Positions 8,830-17,736 of a stretch of 64,000 nt of DNA are shown piece by piece. This DNA is from Candidatus Multivoradales bacterium (GTDB lineage Bacteria; Acidobacteriota; Thermoanaerobaculia; Multivoradales; JAHEKO01): the NCBI GenBank assembly GCA_965223855.1, contig CBDCXM010000009.1, positions 2,193,054-2,257,053 on the forward strand, in the 5' to 3' direction. The translations under genes and the position numbers were made by a program. Numbering within the stretch: the first letter of the stretch is position 1; each line of letters begins with the position of its first letter. The notes beneath the pieces were generated by a model. It had not been told where the DNA came from and did no database searches. It worked only from the letters and a program-made list of their open reading frames with translations.

Positions 8830-10689
8830 TCAGTCGGAAGCGGACTCGGCGTCTTCCTGTTCCAGCTCGATGCGCAGGTGGAGGAGCACGTCCTGAAGGC
8901 GATCGATCGCCTCCAGGCTCCACTGAATGTCGCGCTGCTGGTGGAGAACCCGGTTGCGCTCGTCGCGGACCTGGAGGTCGAGAGAGATCTGCCGGGCGCG
9001 GGAAAGATCGTCGCCGGCCAGAGCGACCACCAGATCCTGGTCGATGTGACGTCGGCCGTTGGTCGCCGCGAGCTCCTCGACGGCTTCTGCGGTCGCCTCG
9101 TCGGGCACGTCCTGTGCCTCGTCTTCGTCCTCGGACGCGGCAGGCTCTTCGTCCGGCGAGTCCTGCGCCGCGGCGGTGGCACGCTCCTCTGCGTCGTCTC
9201 GCGCTTTCTCGTCCGCCTCGGCGAGAGCTGCCTCCACCGGGGCGTCCTCCGGGGCGTCGTCCGCGGCCGACTCTTCGGTCTGCTCGGGCTTGCCGGCCTC
9301 GTCCGCAGCCGTCTCCTCGCTCGCAGCCTCCACCGAGTCGGCCTCGTCTTCGACCGGGTCGGAGGAGGGCTCCGCGTCGACCTCCGCCTCTTCCGCGGCC
9401 TCTTCCTGAACCGCGGCGAGCCGCTCGTCCTCAGGGACGACGGCGTCTTCGGCCGCGCTCTCGCTCTCGGCCGGCTCGCCTTCTTCCGGCTCACCTTCTG
9501 CGAACTCGGCCTCGGGCTCCTCGTCGGGCTTGGCGTCGACCAGTTCGGTTTCCACGCGCGGACGTGACGGTGGTGCACCGCCATCGAGAGCGTCCAGCGC
9601 CATGTCCTCGATTTCGTCGTCGGTCGGGGTTTCGTCGGCCGCCTCTGCCGCCGTCTCCTCAGCTTCGCCGTCGGCGGAATCCTCCGGAGCGGTTGCGATC
9701 GACTCGGGCTCGGATCGGGCCTCGGGCTCGGACTGAGACTCGGGCTCGGGCTGGGACTCGGGCTCGGAATCGGACGAAGCGACCTCTGCCGTTTCCTCCT
9801 CGGCTGCAGGCTCCTCGGCCGCCGTGTCCGCTTCGACTTCGGGCGTCGCCGACACAGCGGCCTCTGCCGGGAAGTCCGCTTCGGCCGCGGTCGTCTCGTC
9901 GAGCGCTTCCGGTACCGGCTCGGGCGTCGGTTCTACGATCGTCGGCCCCGGCGGGGTCAGTGTCTCGGGAACCCCGTCCTCGAGCTGCTGCTTGAGCGAG
10001 ATGAGGGTCAGCTTGGAGATCTCGCGCAGCACCTCGAAGATGCCTTCGCCCGAGATCGCCGAGGTCTCGAACTCCGGCCAGCCATTGCTGTTCAGGGCCT
10101 CCCGCAGTTCGGCGACCGAGCAGACCTCCGGCAGGTCACGCTTGTTGTACTGCAGGACGAGCGGGATCTCGTCGATGTCGATGCCGAGTTCCTCGAGATT
10201 CACCTCGAGGTTGCGGAACGACTCGACGTTCGACGGCAGCATCGCCGGCTGAGAGTCGGCGACGAAGACGATGCCGTCCACTCCCTTGAGAACCAGCCGC
10301 CTCGTGCTGTTGTAGAAGACCTGGCCGGGCACCGTGTAGAGCTGTATGCGGGTGTGAAAGCCCGCTACGGTGCCGACTTCGAGCGGCAGGAGATCGAAGA
10401 AGAGCGTCCGGTCGGTCTCGGTCGCGAGCGAGACCATCTTGCCCCGTGCGTCGGGCCGGGTGTGGTGGAAGACGTACTTGAGGCTGGTCGTCTTGCCACA
10501 CAGGCCAGGCCCGTAATAGACGACTTTCGCCGACATCTGGCGAGTGCTGAAATTGAACGATGCCATCGGTGTTCCTGTCCGACGTAGGTAGCGGCGCGAA
10601 CCGACACGCCTCCTCGCCGTCCTCCCAAAAGGACGTCCGGCCGAGGATGGTAGCACTGTTGAGGCTCGTGCACGCGTGGAAACGAGCAC
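8830..10689 (-). CDS. mglA: MglA-family Ras-like small GTPase fused to a long acidic low-complexity C-terminal extension
   Basis: The N-terminal 200 aa align to MglA: 'MASFNFSTRQMSAKVVYYGPGLCGKTT' (P-loop), 'ETDRTLFFD' (intrinsic Arg finger/switch I), 'TVPGQ' (switch II), 'NKRDL' (G4). This is followed, in the same frame with no stop, by about 420 aa that are E/A/D/P-rich ('PESQPEPESQSEPEARSEPES...') and end in a non-repetitive segment '...QISLDLQVRDERNRVLHQQRDIQWSLEAIDRLQDVLLHLRIELEQE'. The stop is 10 nt before nrdR. Confidence 0.8.
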   Translation of the reverse strand: MLVSTRARASTVLPSSAGRPFGRTARRRVGSRRYLRRTGTPMASFNFSTRQMSAKVVYYGPGLCGKTTSLKYVFHHTRPDARGKMVSLATETDRTLFFDLLPLEVGTVAGFHTRIQLYTVPGQVFYNSTRRLVLKGVDGIVFVADSQPAMLPSNVESFRNLEVNLEELGIDIDEIPLVLQYNKRDLPEVCSVAELREALNSNGWPEFETSAISGEGIFEVLREISKLTLISLKQQLEDGVPETLTPPGPTIVEPTPEPVPEALDETTAAEADFPAEAAVSATPEVEADTAAEEPAAEEETAEVASSDSEPESQPEPESQSEPEARSEPESIATAPEDSADGEAEETAAEAADETPTDDEIEDMALDALDGGAPPSRPRVETELVDAKPDEEPEAEFAEGEPEEGEPAESESAAEDAVVPEDERLAAVQEEAAEEAEVDAEPSSDPVEDEADSVEAASEETAADEAGKPEQTEESAADDAPEDAPVEAALAEADEKARDDAEERATAAAQDSPDEEPAASEDEDEAQDVPDEATAEAVEELAATNGRRHIDQDLVVALAGDDLSRARQISLDLQVRDERNRVLHQQRDIQWSLEAIDRLQDVLLHLRIELEQEDAESASD

Positions 10690-10795
10690 GTTCCTCGCGG
10701 CGACCCGCCGCCGTGAAAACGGTTACAATCCCTGGTTGCTCGCCGCGGTCGCGCCGTCCGCGCGCCCGCGAGCGGGCACAGCCTCCGGAGCTTCC

Positions 10796-11869
10796 GTGCC
10801 CGACTCCACTGCAGCGACCGCCAAGCCACTTTCGCCGAGGGACGAAGAGATCCTCAAGGACGTCGTGCGCGAGTTCATCGTGCGCGGTGCCCCGGTGAGC
10901 TCGCGAACGGTGGCGAAGGATCCGCGCCTCGGGCTTTCCGCAGCGACCGTTCGCAACACGATGGCCGACCTGGAGGAGGCGGGGTACCTGTTGCAGCCTC
11001 ACACGTCGGCCGGCAGGGTGCCGACGGAGGCGGGCTATCACGCCTACATCGACTCGCTTCCGGGCAGGGAGGGCATCGCCGAGGAGGAGCGTCGGCGGAT
11101 CGATCGCGAACTGCCGGAGAACTCCGATGGCGAGGAGCTGGTCGAGAGGGCGGGACAGATGCTCTCCGAACTGACCGATCAGATCGGCATCGTCCTGACT
11201 CCGGCGATGGGAGAGACGGTGCTGCGCGAAGTGTCGCTGGTCGGTCTCTCGGAGGCGCGCGTTCTGTGTGTGGTCGTCTCCGCCGACGGTTTCGTCGATC
11301 ACAAGATCGTCCAGCTCGAAGGCGCGGCGACGCGCGAGGAGCTGGTCGAGGCTTCGAACTACCTCAACAGCACGTTCGCCGGAATGACCCTCGGCGAAGC
11401 GCGGGAGCGGCTGCTGCGGAGGATGGCGGAAGAACGGGCGCAGGTCGATCGCCTGCTCGGGCGGACCCTGGCGGTAGCCCATCAGGCACTGGCGGACAGC
11501 GATGCACACGACGTCGTCGTGCAGGGGACTTCCGTGGTGCTGACCCGGCCCGAACTCGCGGACGTCGAGCGGGTGCGGCGGCTGGTCGACAAGTTCGACG
11601 ATCGGGCGCGACTGGTGTCGCTCCTGAATCAACTCATCGACGGACGGGGGGTGAGGGTCGTGATCGGGGACGAGAGCGACCTGACCTCGGACGTCGATTT
11701 CAGTCTCGTCTCGAGGACCTACCGGGCGGGGAATCGCAGTGTTGGTAGCGTGGGCGTCTTCGGCCCATCGCGGATGGAGTACGGAAAGGTCATCCCGCTG
11801 GTCGACTATCTCGGGGAGCGGCTCAGCCGCGCCCTGCAGTCGCCGGGAGAGGCCGGATCCCGCCTGTGA
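10796..11869 (+). CDS. hrcA: Heat-inducible transcription repressor HrcA
   Basis: 'LSPRDEEILKDVVREFIVRGAPVSSRTVAKDPRLGLSAATVRNTMADLEEAGYLLQPHTSAGRVPTEAGY' is the HrcA winged-HTH N-terminus. The tool ORF begins at GTG 10676, but that start overlaps mglA. An in-frame GTG at 10796 with the SD 'GGAG' 7 nt upstream is the more likely start. Confidence 0.8.
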   Translation: MPDSTAATAKPLSPRDEEILKDVVREFIVRGAPVSSRTVAKDPRLGLSAATVRNTMADLEEAGYLLQPHTSAGRVPTEAGYHAYIDSLPGREGIAEEERRRIDRELPENSDGEELVERAGQMLSELTDQIGIVLTPAMGETVLREVSLVGLSEARVLCVVVSADGFVDHKIVQLEGAATREELVEASNYLNSTFAGMTLGEARERLLRRMAEERAQVDRLLGRTLAVAHQALADSDAHDVVVQGTSVVLTRPELADVERVRRLVDKFDDRARLVSLLNQLIDGRGVRVVIGDESDLTSDVDFSLVSRTYRAGNRSVGSVGVFGPSRMEYGKVIPLVDYLGERLSRALQSPGEAGSRL

Positions 11870-11879
11870 GGGAGGAGTC

Positions 11880-12542
11880 ATGACGGAAGAACCGAGAGAG
11901 GCAGCAGAGGGTGGCGCGGCAGAGGAAGAGCCTCTCGAACTCGACACCAACACTTCGGACGAACTGGACGAGGTGATGAGAGAGGCGTTGGAAGCGGTCG
12001 AGTCGAGCGGCGATCGCGCGACCGCCGTGGCGACACGGGAGCTCGCCGAGGCCGAAGAGGCGGCCGAGGCCGCTTCGGAGGAGCACGACTATCGGGCGCT
12101 CGCCGCCGAGTATCGGGAGCGGTCGCTGCGTACGCTGGCCGACTTCGAGAACTTCCGGAAGAGGGTGCAGCGGGAAAGGCAGGATGCGGCGAAGTTCCGG
12201 ACCTTCGAGGCGATGAGGGACTTTCTCGCCGTCGTCGACAATCTCGAGAGGGCGCTGGCGGCTCCGGGCGACGTCGAAGACCTGAAGCAGGGAGTCGGAA
12301 TGATCCTCAAGCAGATGGAGGGTCTCCTGCGTGAGAACGCCGTGGTGAGGGTCGAGTCGGAGGGCAAGCCGTTCGATCCGAGCGTGCACGACGCCGTCTC
12401 CCGGCACGAGACTCCCGAAGTGAGCGAGCCGACCGTGAGCGAGGAACTCCAGGCCGGCTACACCATGCACGAACGGCTGATTCGCCCCGCGCGGGTCAAG
12501 GTGGCGATGCCGGCGGGCGGCCGCCGGTCGGAGGAGGCCTGA
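11880..12542 (+). CDS. grpE: Nucleotide exchange factor GrpE
   Basis: 'RTLADFENFRKRVQRERQDAAKF', 'GVGMILKQMEGLLRENAVVRVESEGKPFDPSVHDAV'. ATG at 11880 preceded by the SD 'gagggaggag'. Confidence 0.9.
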   Translation: MTEEPREAAEGGAAEEEPLELDTNTSDELDEVMREALEAVESSGDRATAVATRELAEAEEAAEAASEEHDYRALAAEYRERSLRTLADFENFRKRVQRERQDAAKFRTFEAMRDFLAVVDNLERALAAPGDVEDLKQGVGMILKQMEGLLRENAVVRVESEGKPFDPSVHDAVSRHETPEVSEPTVSEELQAGYTMHERLIRPARVKVAMPAGGRRSEEA

Positions 12543-12586
12543 TGATCGTCGGGGCGGCTCGAACACCGGGGAGGGAGGGCGACTAG

Positions 12587-14422
12587 ATGGGTAAGGTTCT
12601 GGGCATCGACCTCGGAACGACCTACTGCTGCGCTGCGGTCGTGGACGTGGCGGCACCTCGGGTGCTGTCGAACCGCGAGGGGACCCGCACCACAGCGTCG
12701 ATCGTCGCCTTCACGGACGAAGACGATCGCCTGGTCGGACAGATCGCGAAGCGGCAGGCGATCACCAATCCGCAGCACACGGTCTACGCGGTCAAGCGGC
12801 TGATCGGGCGCAAGTTCGCCGACCCCGAGGTCCAGCGGGCTCGCGAGCTGTTGCCCTATCCGCTGGTGGAGTCCGAGAACGGCGACGTCAAGATCCAGGT
12901 TCGCGACCACCAGTACAGCCCGGAGGAGATCTCCGCCTTCATCCTGCGCGAGATCAAGGGGTTCGCCGAGGAAGTGCTCGGCGAGTCGGTGGAAGAGGCG
13001 ATCATCACCGTGCCCGCCTACTTCAACGACTCCCAGCGCCAGGCCACGCGCGACGCAGGCAGGGTCGCCGGCCTCGAGGTGCTTCGGATCATCAACGAGC
13101 CGACCGCAGCGGCGCTCGCCTACGGGGTCGAACGGCAGGGGCCGGATCGCACCATCGCCGTCTACGACCTGGGCGGCGGCACGTTCGACATCTCGATTCT
13201 CGAGATGTCGCAGGGGATCTTCGAAGTCAAGGCGACGTCGGGTGACACCTTCCTCGGAGGTGAGGACTTCGACCAGCTCATCATGGACCACCTGATCTCG
13301 CAGTTTCAGGACGACACCGGGATCGATATCCGCACCGACCGCATGGCGCTGCAGCGCCTCAAAGAGGCGGCGGAGAGAGCGAAGTGCGAACTCTCGGTGG
13401 CCGAAGAGGCGCCGATCAACCTGCCGTTCATCTCGGCCGGCAAGGAAGGCCCGGTGCACCTGTCCACGGCGATCACCCGCGAGAAGTTCGAGGAACTCGT
13501 CGGTCCGCTCGTGGCGCGCACCGAGGAGCCGTGCCGGGAAGCGCTCAAGTCGGCCGGGTTGCGCAAGGAGGAGATCGACGAAGTGCTCCTCGTCGGCGGT
13601 CAGACGCGCAGCCCGATCGTGGCGCGCACGGTGGAGAGGATCTTCGGCAAGCCGCCGAACCGCGACATCAATCCCGACGAGGTCGTGGCGATGGGCGCCG
13701 CCATCCAGGGCGGCATCCTCAAGGGGGACATCAAGGACATCATCCTGCTCGACGTCACACCGCTGTCGCTCGGCGTCGAGACTCACGGCGGTCTGTTCAC
13801 CAAGCTGATCGAGCGCAACTCGACGATCCCGACCCGCGCGACGCAGATCTTCACCACCGTTGTCGACAACCAGGACACCGTGGAGATTCACGTCCTCCAG
13901 GGCGAGCGCGACATCGCCAACGAGAACAAGTCTCTCGGCCGTTTCGAGTTGGTCGGTGTGCCCCCGGCGCCTCGCGGCGTGCCCCAGATCGAGGTCAACT
14001 TCGCCATCGACTCGAACGGCATCGTCGCCGTCTCGGCACGCGATCTGGCGACCAACAAGTCGCAGAGCGTGCAGATCAATCCCGCCGGAGGGCTCAGCCG
14101 CGACGAGATCGACCGCCTGGTCGAGGAGGCGGAGGAGCATTCCGCCGCCGACAACCAGCGTCGTCAGGTGCGGAGGCTTCGCAACCGTCTCGAGGGCCTG
14201 ATCTACGTCAACGAGAAGGTGTTCGAGCGCTTTCAGGAGGTCCTCAACGCCGAAGATCGCCGTCGGGTCCGTGAGAAGGTGAACAAGGCGCGGGCAGCGC
14301 TCACGAGCGATGACCGCGCCGACCTGGAGGCGTCGATCTTCGACCTCAACTCGATCTCCAGCGACCTGTCCGATCTGATGCTCGGACAAGGCGGCAAGGA
14401 CGAGATCGAAGTTTCGGAATAG
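12587..14422 (+). CDS. dnaK: Chaperone DnaK (Hsp70)
   Basis: '[20 protein letters not shown]', '[12 protein letters not shown]', '[13 protein letters not shown]', 611 aa. Confidence 0.97.
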   Translation: MGKVLGIDLGTTYCCAAVVDVAAPRVLSNREGTRTTASIVAFTDEDDRLVGQIAKRQAITNPQHTVYAVKRLIGRKFADPEVQRARELLPYPLVESENGDVKIQVRDHQYSPEEISAFILREIKGFAEEVLGESVEEAIITVPAYFNDSQRQATRDAGRVAGLEVLRIINEPTAAALAYGVERQGPDRTIAVYDLGGGTFDISILEMSQGIFEVKATSGDTFLGGEDFDQLIMDHLISQFQDDTGIDIRTDRMALQRLKEAAERAKCELSVAEEAPINLPFISAGKEGPVHLSTAITREKFEELVGPLVARTEEPCREALKSAGLRKEEIDEVLLVGGQTRSPIVARTVERIFGKPPNRDINPDEVVAMGAAIQGGILKGDIKDIILLDVTPLSLGVETHGGLFTKLIERNSTIPTRATQIFTTVVDNQDTVEIHVLQGERDIANENKSLGRFELVGVPPAPRGVPQIEVNFAIDSNGIVAVSARDLATNKSQSVQINPAGGLSRDEIDRLVEEAEEHSAADNQRRQVRRLRNRLEGLIYVNEKVFERFQEVLNAEDRRRVREKVNKARAALTSDDRADLEASIFDLNSISSDLSDLMLGQGGKDEIEVSE

Positions 14423-14425
14423 CCG

Positions 14426-15538
14426 GTGAGCGCGAGGGACTACTACGAGGTGCTCGGCGTCGAGCGGGACGCCGATGCGCGAGCGATCAAGGCGGCCTAC
14501 CGCAAGCTCGCCGTGCGGTTCCACCCGGATCGCAATCCCGGCGATGCCGAGGCGGAGGCGAAGTTCAAGGAGGCGTCCGAGGCGTACGCCGTGCTCTCCG
14601 ATGCCGACAAGCGCGCCCGCTACGATCGATTCGGCCATCGGTCGGGCGGCGGTCCGGCCGGCTTCGACCCGGAGACGTTCAGCGATTTCGCCGACATCCT
14701 CGGCGACTTCTTCGGCTCCGGTTTCGCCGACCTCTTCGGCGGCCGTCGCGCCCGCCGCGGCCCACGGCCCGGGGCGGACCTGCGCTACGAGCTGCTGCTG
14801 ACCCTCGAGGAGGCGGCGTTCGGAGTCGAGCGCACCCTGGAGATTCCCCGTCTCGAGACCTGCGGATCGTGTACCGGCAGCGGCGCCGGCGAAGGGAGCC
14901 GCCCCCAGCAGTGCTCGGCCTGCGGCGGCCGAGGACAGGTGCGCGTGACTCAGGGGTTCTTCGCCGTCGCCCGGACCTGCCCGCAGTGCCGCGGCGAGGG
15001 CGAGGTGATCACCGACCCGTGTCGCGACTGCAAGGGACGTGGACGGGTCGAGCAGGTACGGCAGGTCGGCATCAGTGTACCGGCCGGAGTCGACACCGGC
15101 ACTCGCCTGCGCCGTGCCGGAGAAGGGGAGCACGGGCCTCGAAACGGTCCGCCGGGCGACCTCTACATCGACGTCATCGTCGAACCGCACGATCGCTTCG
15201 AGCGTCACGGCAACGACATCCTCGGGTCTGTCGAGGTGAGCTTTCCCGAGGCGGTGCTGGGCGCGAAGGTCGAGGTGGAGACGCTTCACGGTACGGAGAG
15301 CCTCGAGATTCCGGCGGGCAGCCGTCATGGAGCTCACTTCAGGTTGCGCGGCAAGGGGGTCGACCAGCTCGGCGGACGGGGGCGCGGCGATCACGTCGTC
15401 TCCCTCGAGCTCGCCGTGCCGCGGCCGAAGGATCTCGACGACGAGCGACTCGAAGTGCTCCAGAAGTGGGCCGACGAGGACGGCAGCGAGATCCGCGAGC
15501 GCCGGGTGCTCGACCGGGTGAAGGACCTCTTCGGTTGA
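14426..15538 (+). CDS. dnaJ: Chaperone DnaJ
   Basis: J-domain 'DYYEVLGVERDADARAIKAAYRKLAVRFHPDRNPGD', G/F region, four CxxCxGxG zinc-finger repeats ('CGSCTGSG', 'CSACGGRG', 'CPQCRGEG', 'CRDCKGRG'). Confidence 0.95.
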   Translation: MSARDYYEVLGVERDADARAIKAAYRKLAVRFHPDRNPGDAEAEAKFKEASEAYAVLSDADKRARYDRFGHRSGGGPAGFDPETFSDFADILGDFFGSGFADLFGGRRARRGPRPGADLRYELLLTLEEAAFGVERTLEIPRLETCGSCTGSGAGEGSRPQQCSACGGRGQVRVTQGFFAVARTCPQCRGEGEVITDPCRDCKGRGRVEQVRQVGISVPAGVDTGTRLRRAGEGEHGPRNGPPGDLYIDVIVEPHDRFERHGNDILGSVEVSFPEAVLGAKVEVETLHGTESLEIPAGSRHGAHFRLRGKGVDQLGGRGRGDHVVSLELAVPRPKDLDDERLEVLQKWADEDGSEIRERRVLDRVKDLFG

Positions 15539-16257
15539 CGCGGGCTTCGGCGGGGCGCTTGCGGGCGACCGTCGTGGTCGATCCGGATCGCTTCGGCCGT
15601 TCGTCGATCGAGGTCGAGGGCGACCTGTATCGCCACCTCTTCCGAGCTCGAAGGCTCGCCGTGGGAGACGGGCTGCGGGTGGTCGATGGTGCCGGGCGAG
15701 CGAAGGCGGCGGTCGTCGCCGACGTCTCCCGCGACAGCGCGCTCCTGGAACTGGGGGAGACGCTCGCTTCGCCCGAGCCGCGCCATGACCTCGAGCTGTG
15801 GGTCGCGCCGCCGAAGCCGGAGCGAGCCGCCTGGCTCGTCGAGAAGGCGACCGAACTCGGCGTGAGCGCGGTCCGCTGGCTGCGAACGGAGAGAAGCGGT
15901 CCCGGTTACCGCGAAGGAGCGCTCGAACGCCAGCGCAGAGTCGCGATCGCGGCCCTCCAGCAGTGCGGTGGAGCCCGGCTGCCGGAACTCTCCGGGCCTC
16001 ACTCGTTCGAGAACCGCCCCGAGTCGGCCGGCCAGCTTCTGGTGCTCGATCCCGACGGTGCGCCGCTCGCCGCTGCGCCGAGCGGCGCGGCGACGATCGT
16101 GGTCGGCCCCGAGGGTGGTTTCGTCCAGGCGGAGCTCGACGCCCTCGGGGCGGCGGGAGCGAGCCGTTGGAGGCTCGGTGCCCGCACGCTGAGGGTCGAA
16201 ACTGCAGCCGTCGTCGCCGCCGGCCGCCTGCTCACCGGCACCGGAGCCCCGGCTTGA
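15535..16257 (+). CDS. rsmE: 16S rRNA (uracil1498-N3)-methyltransferase RsmE
   Basis: C-terminal part of tool ORF 14869..16257: 'RLAVGDGLRVVDGAGRAKAAVVADVSRD...LVEKATELGVSAVRWLRTERS...IVVGPEGGFVQAELDALGAAGASRWRLGARTLRVETAAVVAAG' is RsmE-like. The likely TTG start overlaps the dnaJ stop ('TTGA'). Confidence 0.75.
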   Translation: MTRASAGRLRATVVVDPDRFGRSSIEVEGDLYRHLFRARRLAVGDGLRVVDGAGRAKAAVVADVSRDSALLELGETLASPEPRHDLELWVAPPKPERAAWLVEKATELGVSAVRWLRTERSGPGYREGALERQRRVAIAALQQCGGARLPELSGPHSFENRPESAGQLLVLDPDGAPLAAAPSGAATIVVGPEGGFVQAELDALGAAGASRWRLGARTLRVETAAVVAAGRLLTGTGAPA

Positions 16258-16316
16258 TCCCGGAGCGGCTCTCACGCTGGCGCTCGGCCGGTCGTCGACT
16301 CGTCCGCGGCCGACCG

Positions 16317-17597
16317 GTGCTGGAAGCGGTCGCCTCGGGCGCGATGGCGCTCGGCAGGGCGCTCGTCGCCGGCTTCTACCGGGTCGCCCTGAGCCCGTTC
16401 GGCAGGGTGCGGCGGAGGGCCGACGCCGCGGTGCAGGCGGAAATCGAGGCTCGCACCGATGCGTACAACGAGGCGGCCGAGGACTACTTTCGCGACTTCC
16501 ACGACCCGGGATTTCTGCGCAACAAGCCGTTCTCGGAGGCGGACGGCTTCGCCGATCGGCTGTTCAACCTGGGCGTGCTCTTCCGCGGCGCCCGGTTGCG
16601 CCCGGGGGACGTCGTTCTCGACTTCGGCGCCGGCAGCTGCTGGATGTCGCACTTCCTTCACCGCTACGGCTGCAAGACCTACTCGGTCGACGTCTCGGAG
16701 ACGGCGCTCGCCCTCGGTCGCCGACTGTTCGAGGAGGACTCGAACACCGACTGGGCCCTCGAGCCGGAGTTCGTCCTCTACGACGGGCACTCGATCCCGC
16801 TGCCGGACGACTGTTGCGACAAGATCCTCGTCAACGACGCCTTCCACCACGTCCCCAATCAGCGTCGGATCCTCACCGAGTTCGCCCGCCTGCTGCGGCC
16901 GGACGGCATCGTGGCGATGCGCGAGCCGGGCCAGGAGCACACGGCGAACCCCGAGACGGTCGAGGAGGCGAAGCTGGGAGTGCTCGAGAACGACATCTTC
17001 GTCGAGGATCTGGCGCTGCTGGCCGCTGAGTGCGGTCTCGCGGGGGCGACGCTCATCCCGGCGAGTGCCGATGCGCTGATCGAGATCGACGCCGCCGACC
17101 TCGGGCCGTTCATGCGGGGCAAGGGGTTTCCCCACTACTGGTGGACTCTGTGCCGAACGCTCGAGCACGGACATTTCCTCTTCCTGCGGCCTTCACGGGT
17201 ACCGACGACTCGTGCGCCGCGGCTGCTGAGCGCCGAGATCTGGGTGCTCGGGAGTTCCACGCTCCACGCCCGGCCCGGCGAGGCACTGCCGGTGCGTGTC
17301 GCCGTCCGCAACTGTGGCGACACGACCTGGCTTGGAGCCGACTCCCACGGGACGCCCGGCTGGACCCGACTCGGAGTCCATCTCGAGGGGGCGGGGCGAT
17401 CCGACTACGACTGGCTGCGCGCCGAGCTGCCGCGCGACATGCCGCCGCTCGACAGGGTGGAGCTCGAACTGGAGCTGCCGCCCCTGGAGCGCCCGGGCGA
17501 CTACCGCGTCAGCTTCGAAATGGTGATCGAAGGGCGGCAGTGGTTCGCCACTCCCGGTGAAGATCTCTTCGAGGTGTCGCTGGTCGTCGGCGAGTGA
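16317..17597 (+). CDS. Class I SAM-dependent methyltransferase with a C-terminal uncharacterised domain
   Basis: Motif I 'VVLDFGAGSCWMSHFL', 'LLRPDGIVAMREP'. About 200 aa of C-terminal extension with no recognisable motif. Start taken at in-frame GTG 16317 (ATG at 16344 is also possible), after the rsmE stop. Confidence 0.7.
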   Translation: MLEAVASGAMALGRALVAGFYRVALSPFGRVRRRADAAVQAEIEARTDAYNEAAEDYFRDFHDPGFLRNKPFSEADGFADRLFNLGVLFRGARLRPGDVVLDFGAGSCWMSHFLHRYGCKTYSVDVSETALALGRRLFEEDSNTDWALEPEFVLYDGHSIPLPDDCCDKILVNDAFHHVPNQRRILTEFARLLRPDGIVAMREPGQEHTANPETVEEAKLGVLENDIFVEDLALLAAECGLAGATLIPASADALIEIDAADLGPFMRGKGFPHYWWTLCRTLEHGHFLFLRPSRVPTTRAPRLLSAEIWVLGSSTLHARPGEALPVRVAVRNCGDTTWLGADSHGTPGWTRLGVHLEGAGRSDYDWLRAELPRDMPPLDRVELELELPPLERPGDYRVSFEMVIEGRQWFATPGEDLFEVSLVVGE

Positions 17598-17736
17598 ACC
17601 GCGCCGGGTGCCGCCGCTGCAACGGTTTGCGTTGGCCCGTAACCTACCGTCCTGCTAGGCTTTTCGGTCAACGAACCGAGTGTCGAGGCTCGACCGGCCG
17701 CCGCCGGTCGGTCGCCGAGCACAACGAGAGGCTGCC

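Noticed and set aside
8830-10089. Acidic tail of the MglA-like ORF as a separate gene or frameshift artefact
   Set aside because: The frame is continuous from the GTPase domain. There is no internal start with an SD. Third-codon positions stay GC-biased. The stop lies 10 nt before nrdR. The ORF is kept as one gene, but flagged for read-level verification.
10649-10676. Possible CIRCE element (tAGCACTg-N9-gtGCAcgcg) upstream of hrcA
   Set aside because: Only the left half resembles TTAGCACTC. The right half does not match GAGTGCTAA. It also overlaps the mglA start codon region. It is not a convincing CIRCE.
10136-11953. 605-aa ORF antisense to hrcA and the mglA N-terminus
   Set aside because: Compositional artefact overlapping two supported genes.
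12458-15394. 978-aa ORF antisense to dnaK/dnaJ
   Set aside because: It fully overlaps two unambiguous chaperone genes. The translation is R/A/G/P/D-rich with no motifs. This is the typical high-GC antisense open-frame artefact.
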